From positions 149,397,171 to 149,461,170 of the forward strand of contig NC_052157.1 of assembly GCF_902713615.1 (NCBI RefSeq): a stretch of DNA of 64,000 nucleotides, in the 5' to 3' direction. The notes beneath the pieces were generated by a model. It did no database searches, had not been told where the DNA came from, and saw only the letters and a list, made by a program, of their open reading frames with translations. The position numbers and the translations under genes are program-made. The stretch is from Scyliorhinus canicula. Its lineage: Eukaryota. Of this stretch, positions 37,083-49,446 are shown piece by piece. The stretch's first letter is position 1. Every line of letters starts with the position of its first letter.

Positions 37083-37442
37083 AATGGGAAGGAGAGACAC
37101 GAATGAAAATGCTTTGGCTGTAAGGATGCAGTGAAGTTTGCAGTGATTATTCCATTGTGACACATTCCACCAAAACAGTGGTTTCACATAAGTGTAATTA
37201 TTTAATATATATCAATCAGTTATTTCTATATTGCAGGTTTCTATGTGTTTCTTGACCTACATAAGCAATTTGCAGTGCACAATTTTAATGATGACATTTC
37301 CACAAGCATTAGAACACGATCATTTCACATGTAAATATTTTGTTATCCCAAATTATTTTATATATTTTGTTATCGTTCATAGTTTGTTTAACTTGTGAGA
37401 TCGTGGTCTATACATTTTTCAGAGTGTCCTTTTGTCAGCATT

Positions 37443-37448
37443 AATAAA
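37443..37448 (+). terminator. Candidate IFT20 polyadenylation signal
   Basis: First AATAAA seen downstream of the stop codon, about 360 nt away. Confidence 0.6.
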
Positions 37449-38993
37449 ATTGATATTTGAAGCTGTGCCTTACCCATTACAGCTGATTCTGGTGTCACTG
37501 TGCACTATGTGGTTGCCTTAGATATAAGGAAAGCAGTGGAAAGCAAACTAGCCAATATGGTGGCTTGATCTGCTACCCCTAACAGGAAATAGACAACATT
37601 TGGCACTGGGCTGTGTCCCATAGCCTCTGTTTAAATGAGTAATGCGGTTTCAGTATTGCTAGCTTATCTGAAGCTACCTTTTCCCACCGCAACCCCCCCA
37701 ATTCCTCAGTACTGCAAATGTTTTGTGAATTTATCCACAAAGTGGGGAAAGTGATTTTTACAATAACTTCACATATGTGTGAGGCATGCACATGTTCTGC
37801 CTCTTGTTACTGAATCCTCAGTATAAACAGAGCAGATTTGGTACCGTGAAATCCAGCATTGCTCATCTTTCCCCTTTTTATTGAACCATTCAAAGTAGTA
37901 GACTCCAAGTGTTGGATCTGCCTCTGTGTGGCAAATTCTTGGAAACATCCCACTTGAAATTAAATGAAAATCACTTGTCACAAGTAGGCTTCAGTGAACA
38001 TTCCGGTGCCTGTTCGGGGAGGCTTGTACGGGAATTGAACCATGCTTCTGGCCCGCTTTAAAAGCCAGCGATTTAATTCAGTGTGCTAAACCAGCCCCTG
38101 TTACACTTACAAAGAACACGAGTGAATCTGATCAACTCCTCTGTCAATTATTACAGCTATGTAGGTTCGAGGATCATATTGTTAATCTGAATGAAAATTC
38201 AGTCTCTTTTACCGCTGTAAGTTATTAGGATAACTATTTCATGGCGATCTCGAAGTTCACTTTTTATTACCGTTACACTAATGCATATTTATTACACTAT
38301 AATGCTGCTCTACCTAAAAAATACTGAATAAATTTATTTCTGTTTAACTCCGTGGAAACACAGTCCAAGTGACCATTTCAATTGATATTTATATAAATCC
38401 AATAAGGTGGTATACTGCGGTCTCCAAAGCTCAACACAATCCTCATCTAGGGACCAAAGTATTTCAGCAGAATTTAATTTAGCTGTGATTATACACTACA
38501 ATAATATTTGATATAAATATGAATACCAACATTTATATTTTTCAGTATTTCACCAATTGTATTACACACTGAAGCTTTACTTGTGGTTCAACAGCTTGCA
38601 GCCCATTAAAATATCTGTGTATAATTTTTCACTTACTATGTTCATGTTTTTAAAAATTAAATAAAGAGTAGTTGAGTATAATTGTACCGTGAAATTAGCA
38701 ATACAAGTTACATGTAAATTAATGGGAACACGGATTTAAACTCTGTGACTCCCGAGGTTCCAAGGTACACACTTGCTTATCTCACAAAGCCAAAAGCTTG
38801 AATTTTGTGATCCTGTCAATTTTAACTGACAATACGCCTGTAATAAAAAGAGCAGCCCTCTTGTGATAGTAATCTTTAAACATTTTATTTCATTAAAATG
38901 CAGCATTTTATTATAAAATTGTAGTCAAATCATAAGACACTAAATCCAAATGGAGACTGGGGGAAAAATGAAATGATTCTCAAGCGGCTGCGG

Positions 38994-39244
38994 TCAACGT
39001 CTCTTCTTTCCCTCGTCAGGATTGTACCTCTTGCTGAAAAGCATGGTTAGCAGGATCATAACTGGGATTAGTAAATAGGGAGCGTAAATGGCCAAGAGAG
39101 ATAAACGTTCCGACATGGATTTTGGTCCTGGGTATGTTGATTCAGCAAAGTCGTTAAACAGAATATGTGCGAGGATGGAAATAACTGTTGTTGCCACATG
39201 TGTTGAGTATATGATAGCAGGTGTCCTTATCCACGAGCAACTGC
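38994..39244 (-). CDS. TMEM97: TMEM97 exon 3 (last)
   Basis: ATACAG acceptor; SCSWIRTPAIIYSTHVATTVISILAHILF...YAPYLLIPVMILLTMLFSKRYNPDEGKKRR-stop with a basic C-terminal tail. Exons sum to 516 nt = 171 aa + stop. Confidence 0.95.
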
Positions 39245-41306
39245 CTGTATATAAAGGTAATACAAAGCGTTATATTATTGTTCATACTTCACTTTGTAGA
39301 TTATTCCAGGCACAACCGTTAAGATGCAAAACAAAATGTAATTTTATAAACAGTAGTTCTTTGGAATTTGTTTCAAAGATTTACAGGGGCTTAAGGCAGT
39401 GAGTTCCAGATTCTCAGCACCCTCTGGATGAAAGTTTCCCCTCAACTCCCCTCTTAGCCTTCTACCTCTTACCTTAAACCTTCCCCCTGGTAATTGACTT
39501 CTGGAAAAAGTGCCTTCCAATCCACCCCTTCTGTGCCCCATATATTACAAACCTCCAATAGCACCCCTGCTGGATGGTGAGATGTCCTTCTCCTGGAAGT
39601 TGGACTGACCTCCTCTCCCTCATGGGTGCCAGTTCTTTAGCTTCCCCCGTGACATTGTGCTTGCATATAGTGTAGTGACAGGCTTTGGCAAACTCTCTCC
39701 CTCTGGACAACTAGCAGCCTGGATTCTGCCCCCCTTCACCATTCCTGCCCCCCACCAACTTTATTTAATTGGTTGGTAAACTATCTCCACATAAATTAAA
39801 ACCTCATTCTCTGGAAAATCTGAAATCCTACCGGTATTATAGAATTAATATCATGGAATTAACAGTGTAGAAGGAGGCCATTCGGCCCATCAAGTCTGCA
39901 CCAGCTCTTGGAAAGAGCACCCTACCCAAGGTCAACACCTCCACCCTATCCCCATAACCCAGTAACCCCACCCAACACTAAGAGCAATTTTGGACACAAA
40001 GGGCAATTTAGCATAGCCAATCCACCTAACCTGCACATCTTTGGACTGTGGGAGGAAACCGGAGCACCCGGAGGAAACCCACGCACACACAGGGAGGATG
40101 TGCAGACACCGGACAGACAGTGACCCAAGCTGGAATCGAACCTGGGACCCTGGAGCTGTGAAGCAATTGTTCTATCCACAATGCTACCGTGACTGAAGTG
40201 ATTTGCATGTAAAGCAAGGGCAAGTGAAGTGAGGTGCGTGCGGATTGCCCGCAACATTGCCCAAGAGAGCGCTCCCTGTGGCGAGCGCTATCTCTGCGTC
40301 AATCAAGCAGATATTTCTTGAAGTTGATGACATATGAATGACTAAGTATTTCCTAGAACCTATAAAAAATATTTGGCGCAAATTAAATGTATTTAATCTT
40401 TGAGATGAAGGAGAGTCACTCATGCGGCCCACTCACCAGCCTAGGTTGCCCATTGTGGTTATAAACTGACATTTCACTCCTATTTTACAGTGGAGTCAGA
40501 TTCTTGGTTTTCACGTTGCTGAACCTCAAACATTAGTCTATGAAGTGTCTTTTTTTCCCCCAAATACAGGATCATGGAATGAAAAAACAGGGAGGGGGGA
40601 ACCAATACAAGACCTGGCTTTGATGGGAGCACAGGTGCAGTTTTAGACATTATAGTGAAGAAAGCATTTTACAGCCCAGATAAAACATAATCACTTGGAT
40701 CTTTCCAAAGATGAGAAAATACAGTTATGATGAGAGACTTGTTCATCGGAGTGAGACACTGAAGGGCAAGATCAAAGTTCAAAATTATGAAAGGGTTTGA
40801 GATAGGAAAAGTATTTGTTCTGTTCAGCGAATTGGAAGGATGCACAAATTCAAAATCAAACACGGGGAAAGATTTTTCATGTTGAATGTTAATACAGAAC
40901 TCTTGACCACAGGTGCCTGACAAAGACAAGCCAATCTTAACATTTGAGAGGGAAATTAAATTGAAATATTTAAAAAACTGGTGGTTAGCCATTATGATCT
41001 CCATCAATATTGAAATTTCTATCTAAAATTAAGGACATGTGTAATGGGACACAGAAACACATCACAACTTGCAATAGAAAGGTCCCCATAAATGTGTCAC
41101 TGAAAGAAAACCCTGTTTATTGTTCCATATTTTTCATCTGGTATTAATATTCCACAATAAAACAAAACAATCCTTACACGTTTTGGATTCAGGATATAAT
41201 CCATGATAAAGGCACAATCCTCATAACATTGCATTCATGGTGCAGATGTAGATGGGGAATGGGGAGTACCAAGACCACTTACAAGCATAAATATTATCTT
41301 ACTGAC

Positions 41307-41451
41307 CTTTGTAGAAAGCAAAAGCTGCGATAGGAAAGAAAGGCAGCTGCAACAAAGCTTCACAAAGAATTAATGCTTTGAACCACGATGGAGGGTCTAT
41401 AATCATTGGGTCTTTGAATCGAGCTGCGTACCATTTTAATAACCCTTGCAG
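41307..41451 (-). CDS. TMEM97: TMEM97 exon 2
   Basis: TTTCCTCAG acceptor; LQGLLKWYAARFKDPMIIDPPSWFKALILCEALLQLPFFPIAAFAFYK(G); GTCAGT donor. Confidence 0.95.
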
Positions 41452-43798
41452 CTGAGGAAAGAAATAGTGTTGAGAACTAAATTTAACATCTTTAGAAGTT
41501 GTTCAACTGCAATTAAAGCCTTTCTTATGCATTCCATGTGTTCAGAGTCCATATCAGCCATGAATGTGCCATAGTACAATGATTGTCACTGTTACACACT
41601 ACCCGAGTACTGCATAAATTCCACATTTCATTCAGTCACAATTCTGCTAGGAAAAGCATCAGAATAATGCAACAACGCCCTGAAGATTCCCAAAAGCAGG
41701 GTCTGGCTCTTAATCTTCTTTCGTATGGCTAGGTATAGAGCAATAACTAGTTTTACGTCAAGGGGGCCAAGCCAGGATAAGAGTGGAAGATGGCAGCCTT
41801 CATGTGGTTCTATCCATTATGGGGGAAATCATGACAAATGCCATCAACCTGGCGACCAAACATCATGCAATGAGCTCCCGGTCTTCGGAGTGACAACTAA
41901 AGCTCTAATTAGCCCACCGGATAAGATCAGTACATAATTAGGGTTTCAGAATTGCACCAACTTGAGCACCGGCATATGTTAAACCGTTCATATTAAATCT
42001 CACTGAGATTTCCTTAGATACTGAGCAGTGAACGTGTTAAAGATTTTCATTAGATAGCATGCAGTGTGAAGGAGTTTCATTACTGCACACTGGTGGAGTC
42101 TAGTGTGCATTTGGATGTTTTCTTAAATACAATGTAGTGAAAAAGTGAGATGTTTCCTTGGATACTGTGTGTAGTGGAGTTCCCTTAGAAACTGGGCTGT
42201 GAGGGTGTAGTGGGGTTTCCTTGGATACTGTGTGCAGTGAGAGTGTAATGGAGTTTCATAGAATCCAACAGTGCAGAAGAAGGCCATTCGGCCCATCGTG
42301 TCTGCACTGACCCTCTGAAAGAGCGTGCCACCCAAGCCCACTCCCGTACTCTTTCCCAATAACCCCCTAACCTCCACTAAGGGGCAATTTATCCTGGCCA
42401 ACCCACCTAATCCACATATCTTTCGACTTTCCTTGGAGATTGTGCGGTCTGACTGTGAAGACGTTATCTTAGATAATGAGCTATGTGACTATGAAGAAAC
42501 TTCTTTAGACGCAGAAGGGAAAAATAAGTGGCTCAGCCAAACTAAAAAATGTCTGTGTATTCAACATTGCTGCCCACTGGCCACGATGTGAAAATCCAGT
42601 GGTCACCACAATCGTCCTCGAAGGTTACCTGAGCCCGCACTGGGGAACACAATAGACACAGGTCAACGCCGCCCCTGAACCAACTCAGACTCAGTACATT
42701 TAAAGTCATTGGGGGGGTGTTTTAGTTCTGGAGGTAGGCCTGCAGAGAGATGTGATAGCTCTGGAAAGGGTGCAGAGGAGATTTACCAAGATGTTGCCTG
42801 GGCTGGAGAGTTTTAGTTGTGGAGAGGTTGGATAGACTGGGATTATTTACCTTGGAGCAGAGGAGAGTCAGGGAGGCCAATATTGAGATGTATAAAATTA
42901 TGAGGGGCATAGATAGAATAGCCAGGAAGAAACCTTTTCCCTTGGTGGAGGGATCAATGACCAGGGGCAGAGATTTAAGGTAAGGGGCGGGAGGTTTAGA
43001 GGGGATGTGAGGAAAAGCTTCAACACCCAAAGGGTGGTGGGAGCCTGAAACTAGCTGCCTGGAAGGGTGGAGGAGGCAATAGAAACAGGTTCAATAGGAA
43101 CTGGCCCACCTGTACTTCATGTCTTTCTATCATAGAATCCCTACTGTGCAGAAGGAGGCCATTCAGCCAATCCAGACTGCAATGATCCTTTAAAAGAGCA
43201 CTCCACTGTCCTACCCCAACGGCCCCTCAACCTAACCTACACATCTTTGGACACGAAGGGGAACTTAGCGTGGCCAATCCACCTAACCTGCATGTCTTTG
43301 GACTGGGAGTGAACCCGAGCACCCGGAGGGAACCCCAAGCAGACACGGGGACAACGTGCACACTCCACGTGGTCGCCCAAGGCCAGAAACGAGCTAGGGT
43401 CGCTGGTGCTGAGAGGCAGCAGTGCTAACCAATGTGCCACCCAATATTGTACCCCTGTGGTTAATAAAATCAAAATACTCAGGATGCTGGAAATCTGCGA
43501 TAAAAACATGATGTGCTGAAAGAAAGCTCAGCAAGTCCGTCAGATTCTGTGGAGAGCGAAGCAGTTAAACACTGAGACCAATATAACTTCATGAAGAGCC
43601 CCAAAGTTAGGTACTTCTGTAGAAAGGTCATATTGGACTAAAAACATTAACCCGTCCGTTCTTTTTATTATTGCCCAAAATTATTGACGCCTAGAGATTG
43701 AAAAATGCATATTCATCAAGTTATTGTTGAGGACAACAAGCTCGTATCGAGACACAAATCCTGCCTCCTCACCCTGCTGCTTCCCAGCAGCACAGAGC

Positions 43799-46700
43799 AG
43801 GCAGACCCCGGACTGGGAGCAGACCCCCGGGCTGGGAGCAGACAGACCCCCGGGCTGGGAGCAGACAGACTCCGGGCTGGGAGCAGACAGACTCCGGGCT
43901 GGGAGCAGCCAGACAGACAGACCCCCGGGCTGGGAGCAGAAAGACAGACAGACCCCCGGGCTGGGAGCAGACAGACTCCGGGTTGGGAGCAGACCCCGGA
44001 CTGGGAGCAGACCCCCGGGCTGGGAGCAGACAGACCCCCGGGCTGGGAGCAGACAGACTCCGGGCTGGGAGCAGACCCCGGACTGGGAGCAGACCCCCGG
44101 GCTGGGAGCAGACAGACAGACACCAGGCTGGGAGCAGACAGACTCCGGGCTGGGAGCAGACAGACCCCCAGGCTGGGAGCAGACAGACAGACCCCCGGGC
44201 TGGGAGCAGACAGACTCCGGGCTGGGAGCAGACAGACTCCGTTTTGGGAGCAGACAGACTCCGGGCTGGGAGCAGACAGACAGACAGACCCCTGGGCTAG
44301 GAGCAGACAGACAGACAGACCCCCGGGCTGGGACCAGACAGAACTCCGAGCTGGGAGCAGACAGACCCCCGGGCTGGGAGCAGACCCCCGGGCTAGGAGC
44401 AGACCCCCCGGGCTGGGAGCAGACAGACTCTGGGCTGGGAGCAGACACCCGGGCTGGGGGCAGACAGACCCCCGGGCTGGGAGCAGACAGACAGACAGAC
44501 CCCCGGGCTAGGAGCAGACAGACAGATAGACCCCCGGGCTGGGAGCAGACAGACCTCCGAGCTGGGAGCAGCCAGACAGACAGACAGACCCCCGGGCTGG
44601 GAGCAGACAGACAGACCCCCAGGCTGGGAGCAGACAGACCCAAGGGCTGGGAGCATACAGACTCCGGGTTGGGAGCAGACAGACTCCGGGTTGGGAGCAG
44701 ACAGACCCCCGGGCTGGCAGCAGACGGACCCCGGGCTGGGAACAGACAGACCCAAGGGCTGGGAGCAGACAGACTCCGGGCTGGGAGCAGACAGACTCCG
44801 GGCTGGGAGCAGACAGACAGACTCCAGGCTGGGAGCAGACAGACAGACCCTCGGGCTGGGAGCAGACAGACCCCCGGGCTGGGAGCAGACAGACCCCCGG
44901 ACTGGGAGCAGACAGACAGACCCCCGGACTGGGAGCAGACAGACCCCCGGGCTGGGAGCAGACAGACTCCGGGCTGGGAGCAGACAGACAGACTCCAGGC
45001 TGGGAGCAGACAGACAGACCCTCGGGCTGGGAGCAGACAGACCCCCGGGCTGGGAGCAGACAGACCCCCGGACTGGGAGCAGACAGACAGACCCCCGGAC
45101 TGGGAGCAGACAGACCCCCGGGCTGGGAGCAGACAGACTCCGGGCTGGGAGCAGACAGACAGACCCCCGGCTGGGAGCAGACAGACCCCCGGGCTGGGAG
45201 CAGACAGATAGACCCCCGGACTGGGAGCAGACAGACTCCGGGCTGGGAGCAGACAGACCCCCGGACTGGGAGCAGACAGACTCCGGGCTGGGAGCAGACA
45301 GACCCCCGGACTGGGAGCAGACAGACCCCCGGACTGGGAGCAGACAGACTCCGGGCTGGGAGCAGACAGACCCCCGGGCTGGGAGCAGACAGACCCCCGG
45401 ACTGGGAGCAGACAGACAGACCCCCGGACTGGGAGCAGACAGACCCCCAGGCTGGGAGCAGACAGACTCCGGGCTGGGAGCAGACAGATAGACCCCCGGA
45501 CTGGGAGCAGACAGACTCCGGGCTGGGAGCAGACAGACCCCCGGGCTGGGAGCAGACAGACCCCCGGGCTGTGAGCAGACAGACCCCCGGGTTGGGAGCA
45601 GACAGACACCCGGCCTGGGAGCAGACAGACTCCGGGCTGGGAGCAGACAGATAGACCCCCGGACTGGGAGCAGACAGACTCCGGGCGGGGAGCAGACAGA
45701 CCCCCGGACTGGGAGCAGACAGACTCCGGGCTGGGAGCAGACAGACTCCGGGCTGGGAGCAGACAGATAGACCCCCGGACTGGGAGCAGACAGACTCCAG
45801 GCTGGGAGCAGAGAGACCCCCGGACTGGGAGCAGACAGACTCCGGGCTGGGAGCAGACAGACAGACCCCCGGACTGGGAGCAGACAGACCCCCGGACTGG
45901 GAGCAGAGAGACCCCCGGACTGGGAACAGGCAGACTCCGGACTGGGAGCAGAGAGACCCCCGGACTGGGAGCAGAGAGACCCCCGGACTGGGAGCAGACA
46001 GACCCCCAGGCTGGCAGCAGACAGACCCCCGGACTGGGAGCAGACAGACCCCCGGACTGGGAGCAGACAGACCCCCGGACTGGGAGCAGACAGACCCCCG
46101 GACTGGGAGCAGACAGACCCCCGGACTGGGAGCAGACAGACTCCGGGCTGGGAGCAGAGAGACACCCGGCCTGGGAGCAGACAGACTCCGGGCTGGGAGC
46201 AGACAGATAGACCCCCGGACTGGGAGCAGACAGACTCCGGGCGGGGAGCAGACAGACCCCCGGACTGGGAGCAGACAGACTCCGGGCTGGGAGCAGACAG
46301 ACTCCGGGCTGGGAGCAGACAGACTCCGGGCTGGGAGCAGACAGACTCCGGGCTGGGAGCAGACAGACTCCGGGCTGGGAGCAGACAGACTCCGGGCTGG
46401 GAGCAGACAGATAGACACCCGGACTGGGAGCAGACAGACCCCCAGGCTGGCAGCAGACAGACCCCCGGACTGGGAGCAGACAGACCCCCGGACTGGGAGC
46501 AGACAGACCCCCGGACTGGGAGCAGACAGACCCCCGGACTGGGAGCAGACAGACTCCGGGCTGGGAGCAGAGAGACACCCGGCCTGGGAGCAGACAGACT
46601 CCGGGCTGGGAGCAGACAGATAGACCCCCGGACTGGGAGCAGACAGACTCCGGGCGGGGAGCAGACAGACCCCCGGACTGGGAGCAGACAGACTCCGGGC

Positions 46701-47445
46701 TGGGAGCAGACAGACTCCGGGCTGGGAGCAGACAGACTCCGGGCTGGGAGCAGACAGATAGACCCCCGGACTGGGAGCAGAAAGACTCCAGGCTGGGAGC
46801 AGAGAGACCCCCGGACTGGGAGCAGACAGACTCCGGGCTGGGAGCAGACAGACAGACCCCCGGACTGGGAGCAGACAGACCCCCGGACTGGGAGCAGAGA
46901 GACCCCCGGACTGGGAGCAGACAGACTCCGGACTGGGAGCAGACAGACCCCCGGACTGGGAGCAGAGAGACCCCCGGACTGGGAGCAGACAGACCCCCGG
47001 ACTGGGAGCAGACAGACTCCGGGCTGGCAGCAGACAGACCCCCGGACTGGGAGCAGACAGACCCCCGGACTGGGAGCAGACAGACTCCGGGCTGGGAGCA
47101 GAGAGACCCCCGGACTGGCAGCAGACAGACCCCCGGACTGGGAGCAGACAGACTCCGGGCTGGGAGCAGACAGACTCCGGGCTGGCAGCAGACAGACCCC
47201 CGGACTGGGAGCAGACAGACCCCCGGACTGGGAGCAGACAGACCCCCGGACTGGGAGCAGACAGACTCCGGGCTGGGAGCAGAGAGACCCCCGGACTGGG
47301 AGCAGACAGACAGACAGACCCCCCCGGCTGGCAGCAGACAGACTCCGGACTGGGAGCAGACAGACTCCGGGCTGGGAGCAGACAGACAGACTCCGGGCTG
47401 GGAGCAGACAGACCCCCGGCTGGCAGCAGATAGACAGACAGACCC
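43799..47445. repeat. 3.6-kb minisatellite in TMEM97 intron 1, 22-27 bp unit GG(G/A)CTGGGAGCAGACAGAC(CCCC/TCC)
   Basis: Directly visible, with higher-order blocks. Confidence 0.98.
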
Positions 47446-47469
47446 CTGGGTCAATGGGTAAACACTCAC

Positions 47470-47589
47470 CGCGCCCGGGTACCAGTCCCTGGGTAACACG
47501 GCCTGCAGGTCGATGCCTAAAGTGATGGGAATGTGCGAGAGGAAATAGAAGCAGAAAATCCACTCCAGCAGACGGCTGCAGGAAGCCAT
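47470..47589 (-). CDS. TMEM97: TMEM97 (sigma-2 receptor, EXPERA domain) exon 1
   Basis: MASCSRLLEWIFCFYFLSHIPITLGIDLQAVLPRDWYPGA; GTGAGT donor, phase 0. Confidence 0.95.
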
Positions 47590-47591
47590 AG

Positions 47592-47978
47592 TCACTCACT
47601 CCCTCCTCACTCCTTCTTCACTCACTCCCTCTTCTCCCTCACACACTCACTCCCTCTTCTCCCTCACACACTCACTCCCTCTTCTCCCTCACACACACAC
47701 ACTCCCTCTTTCCTTCTCACTATCTCTCCCTCTCCTCACTCATTCCTCTTCTGTCCCTGCCTCACTCCCCTTTTCTCCCTCCCACTCACACCCTCCTATC
47801 TCTCCCTCACTCACACTTTCCCTCCTCTCTCCCTTCCCCTCTTCTCCCTCTTTCCCTCCTCTCTCTCTCCTTCCCTCTCTCCCTCCCTCTTTCCCTCCTC
47901 TCTCTCTCCCTCCCTCTTTCCCTCCTCTCTCTCTCCCTCCCTCTTCCCTCTTTCCCTCCTCTCTCTCTCCCTCCCTCT
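47592..47978. repeat. Polypyrimidine/polypurine (CT-rich) tract immediately 5' of the TMEM97 ATG
   Basis: About 390 bp almost free of G on the plus strand, including tandem TCTCCCTCCCTCTTTCCCTCCTCTCTC-type units. Confidence 0.92.
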
Positions 47979-47979
47979 A

Positions 47980-48110
47980 TGATCCTGTGATTGGTGTAGC
48001 AAATGTCTCCTCACCAGCGGCTCCTCGCAGCCTGGGCAAGTGATTGGTTCCGGTAATGCAGGCGGGGAAATGCAGTGATCCGCTTTCACTTGATCGGTAA
48101 ACCTTGTGAC
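47980..48110 (-). promoter_or_regulatory. Putative TMEM97 promoter
   Basis: Two CCAAT boxes on the minus strand (47990-47994, 48043-48047), ETS-type TTCCGG 48048-48053 and GC box GGCGGGG at 48061, just beyond the CT/GA tract. Confidence 0.5.
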
Positions 48111-48811
48111 TCTTTAATAAATAACAGAAAATGCTGGATACGCCCAGCAGGTCCGGCAGAGAGAAGACAAGAGTTAAGGTTAAGAGTCCAAATGAGCCCT
48201 TTGCAGAACTCTGTTTAAAAGTGAACATGAAGTCTCAGCTTCCACCCAACATGACAGTTAGCAAAATTGAAGCTATTTGACTGGGCCAGGCTGCTGGGAG
48301 CATGCGATGAAATTGCTCAGACTGTTCATAGAATCCCAACAGTGCAGAAGAAGCCATTCGACCCACTGAGTCTGCACCGACCCTCAGCTCTCATTTTGCC
48401 AGAGTCTGCACCGACCCTACCTCGCGCCCCCCTGCCCCCTCCCCCTAAACCCACCTAACCTGCACATCTTTGGACACGAAGGGGCAATTTAGGGTGGCCA
48501 ATCCACCTAACCGGCACATTCAGCCAGAGTTTTTCTTTTCCTTTTTTAATTTTTAGTGTACCTAATTCATTTTTTTCCAATGAAGGGGCAATTTAGCTTG
48601 GACAATCCACCTGGCCTGTACATCTCTGGGTTGTGGGGGCGAAACCCATGCAAAACATGGAGAGAATGTTGCAAATTCCACATGGACAGTGACCTCGAGC
48701 CGGGATTGAACCTGGGACCTCCGCACTGTGAGGCAGCAGGGCTAACCCACTGCGCTGCCCTACATTCAGCCAGAGTTGATGGCCCTGACCTTCTTACAAT
48801 AGCAAAACACT

Positions 48812-48925
48812 GATAGAAATCTGAAATCAAAACACAAAATGCTGGAAATCCTCAACAGGTCTGGCAGCATCTGTGGAGAGAGAAGCCGAGTTACTGTTTC
48901 AGGTTGATCATCTTTCATCAGAACA
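48812..48925 (-). mobile_element. Penelope-derived fragment with a canonical CTGATGA hammerhead core (decayed); older relatives at about 43468-43657 and 48120-48212
   Basis: Minus strand reads GTT-CTGATGA-AAGATGATCAACCT-GAAACAGT-AACT, followed by the same ACAGATGCTGCCAGAC segment seen in the 7958 and 8757 inserts. Confidence 0.68.
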
Positions 48926-49446
48926 GACCTATTCTAGCCCCAAGCTGAGGAGACGATGTGCTGAGGGACAGTTTCCCCCACCGTATTTGACCCATGGGTG
49001 GGTGATCTTGGCGACATAATCCACAGGCACAGGGTTATTTTCCATATTTACATTCTCCGGATCAATTTCTGGGCAAATGACAATTCTCTCCAGTTGAACA
49101 TTGGCCTTTGACCCCCACCACAAGCCTATTATTTTGCTCACTCTTCAAACTGAACCAGACTATACTCAATCTTAGCTTTAAAGACCCTACAATTACTAAA
49201 TACATGGCAATGTTGCTCAGCGCCGCCCAATCAACATAAAACAGAATTGGCCACAGCCCACTCCGTCTGCCTCCGGGAGGGAGCCTCCAAACACAAACTT
49301 CACACCTCACACTCTGGGAAACAGATTAAGAATCTTTGAGGATCTAGACATCATTAACATTTGTAAACCTCCACAATGCTTTCCCCTGCCATTAAAACAC
49401 AAATGTGAACTGAAAGCACAAGTACCAGTGTGTCTGTTACACTGAA

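Noticed and set aside
43799-47445. Resemblance to immunoglobulin switch regions (GGGCT, AGCA motifs)
   Set aside because: It lies in a TMEM97 intron with no Ig segments nearby and has almost no AGCT palindromes.
43705-47599. Several long ORFs (up to 1068 aa) in other frames and on both strands
   Set aside because: They are translations of the minisatellite; the unit has no stop codon in most frames.
48070-48079. ATCACTGCAT (minus strand) as a sterol regulatory element for TMEM97
   Set aside because: Too many mismatches to ATCACCCCAC to support from sequence alone, although TMEM97 is a known SREBP target in mammals.
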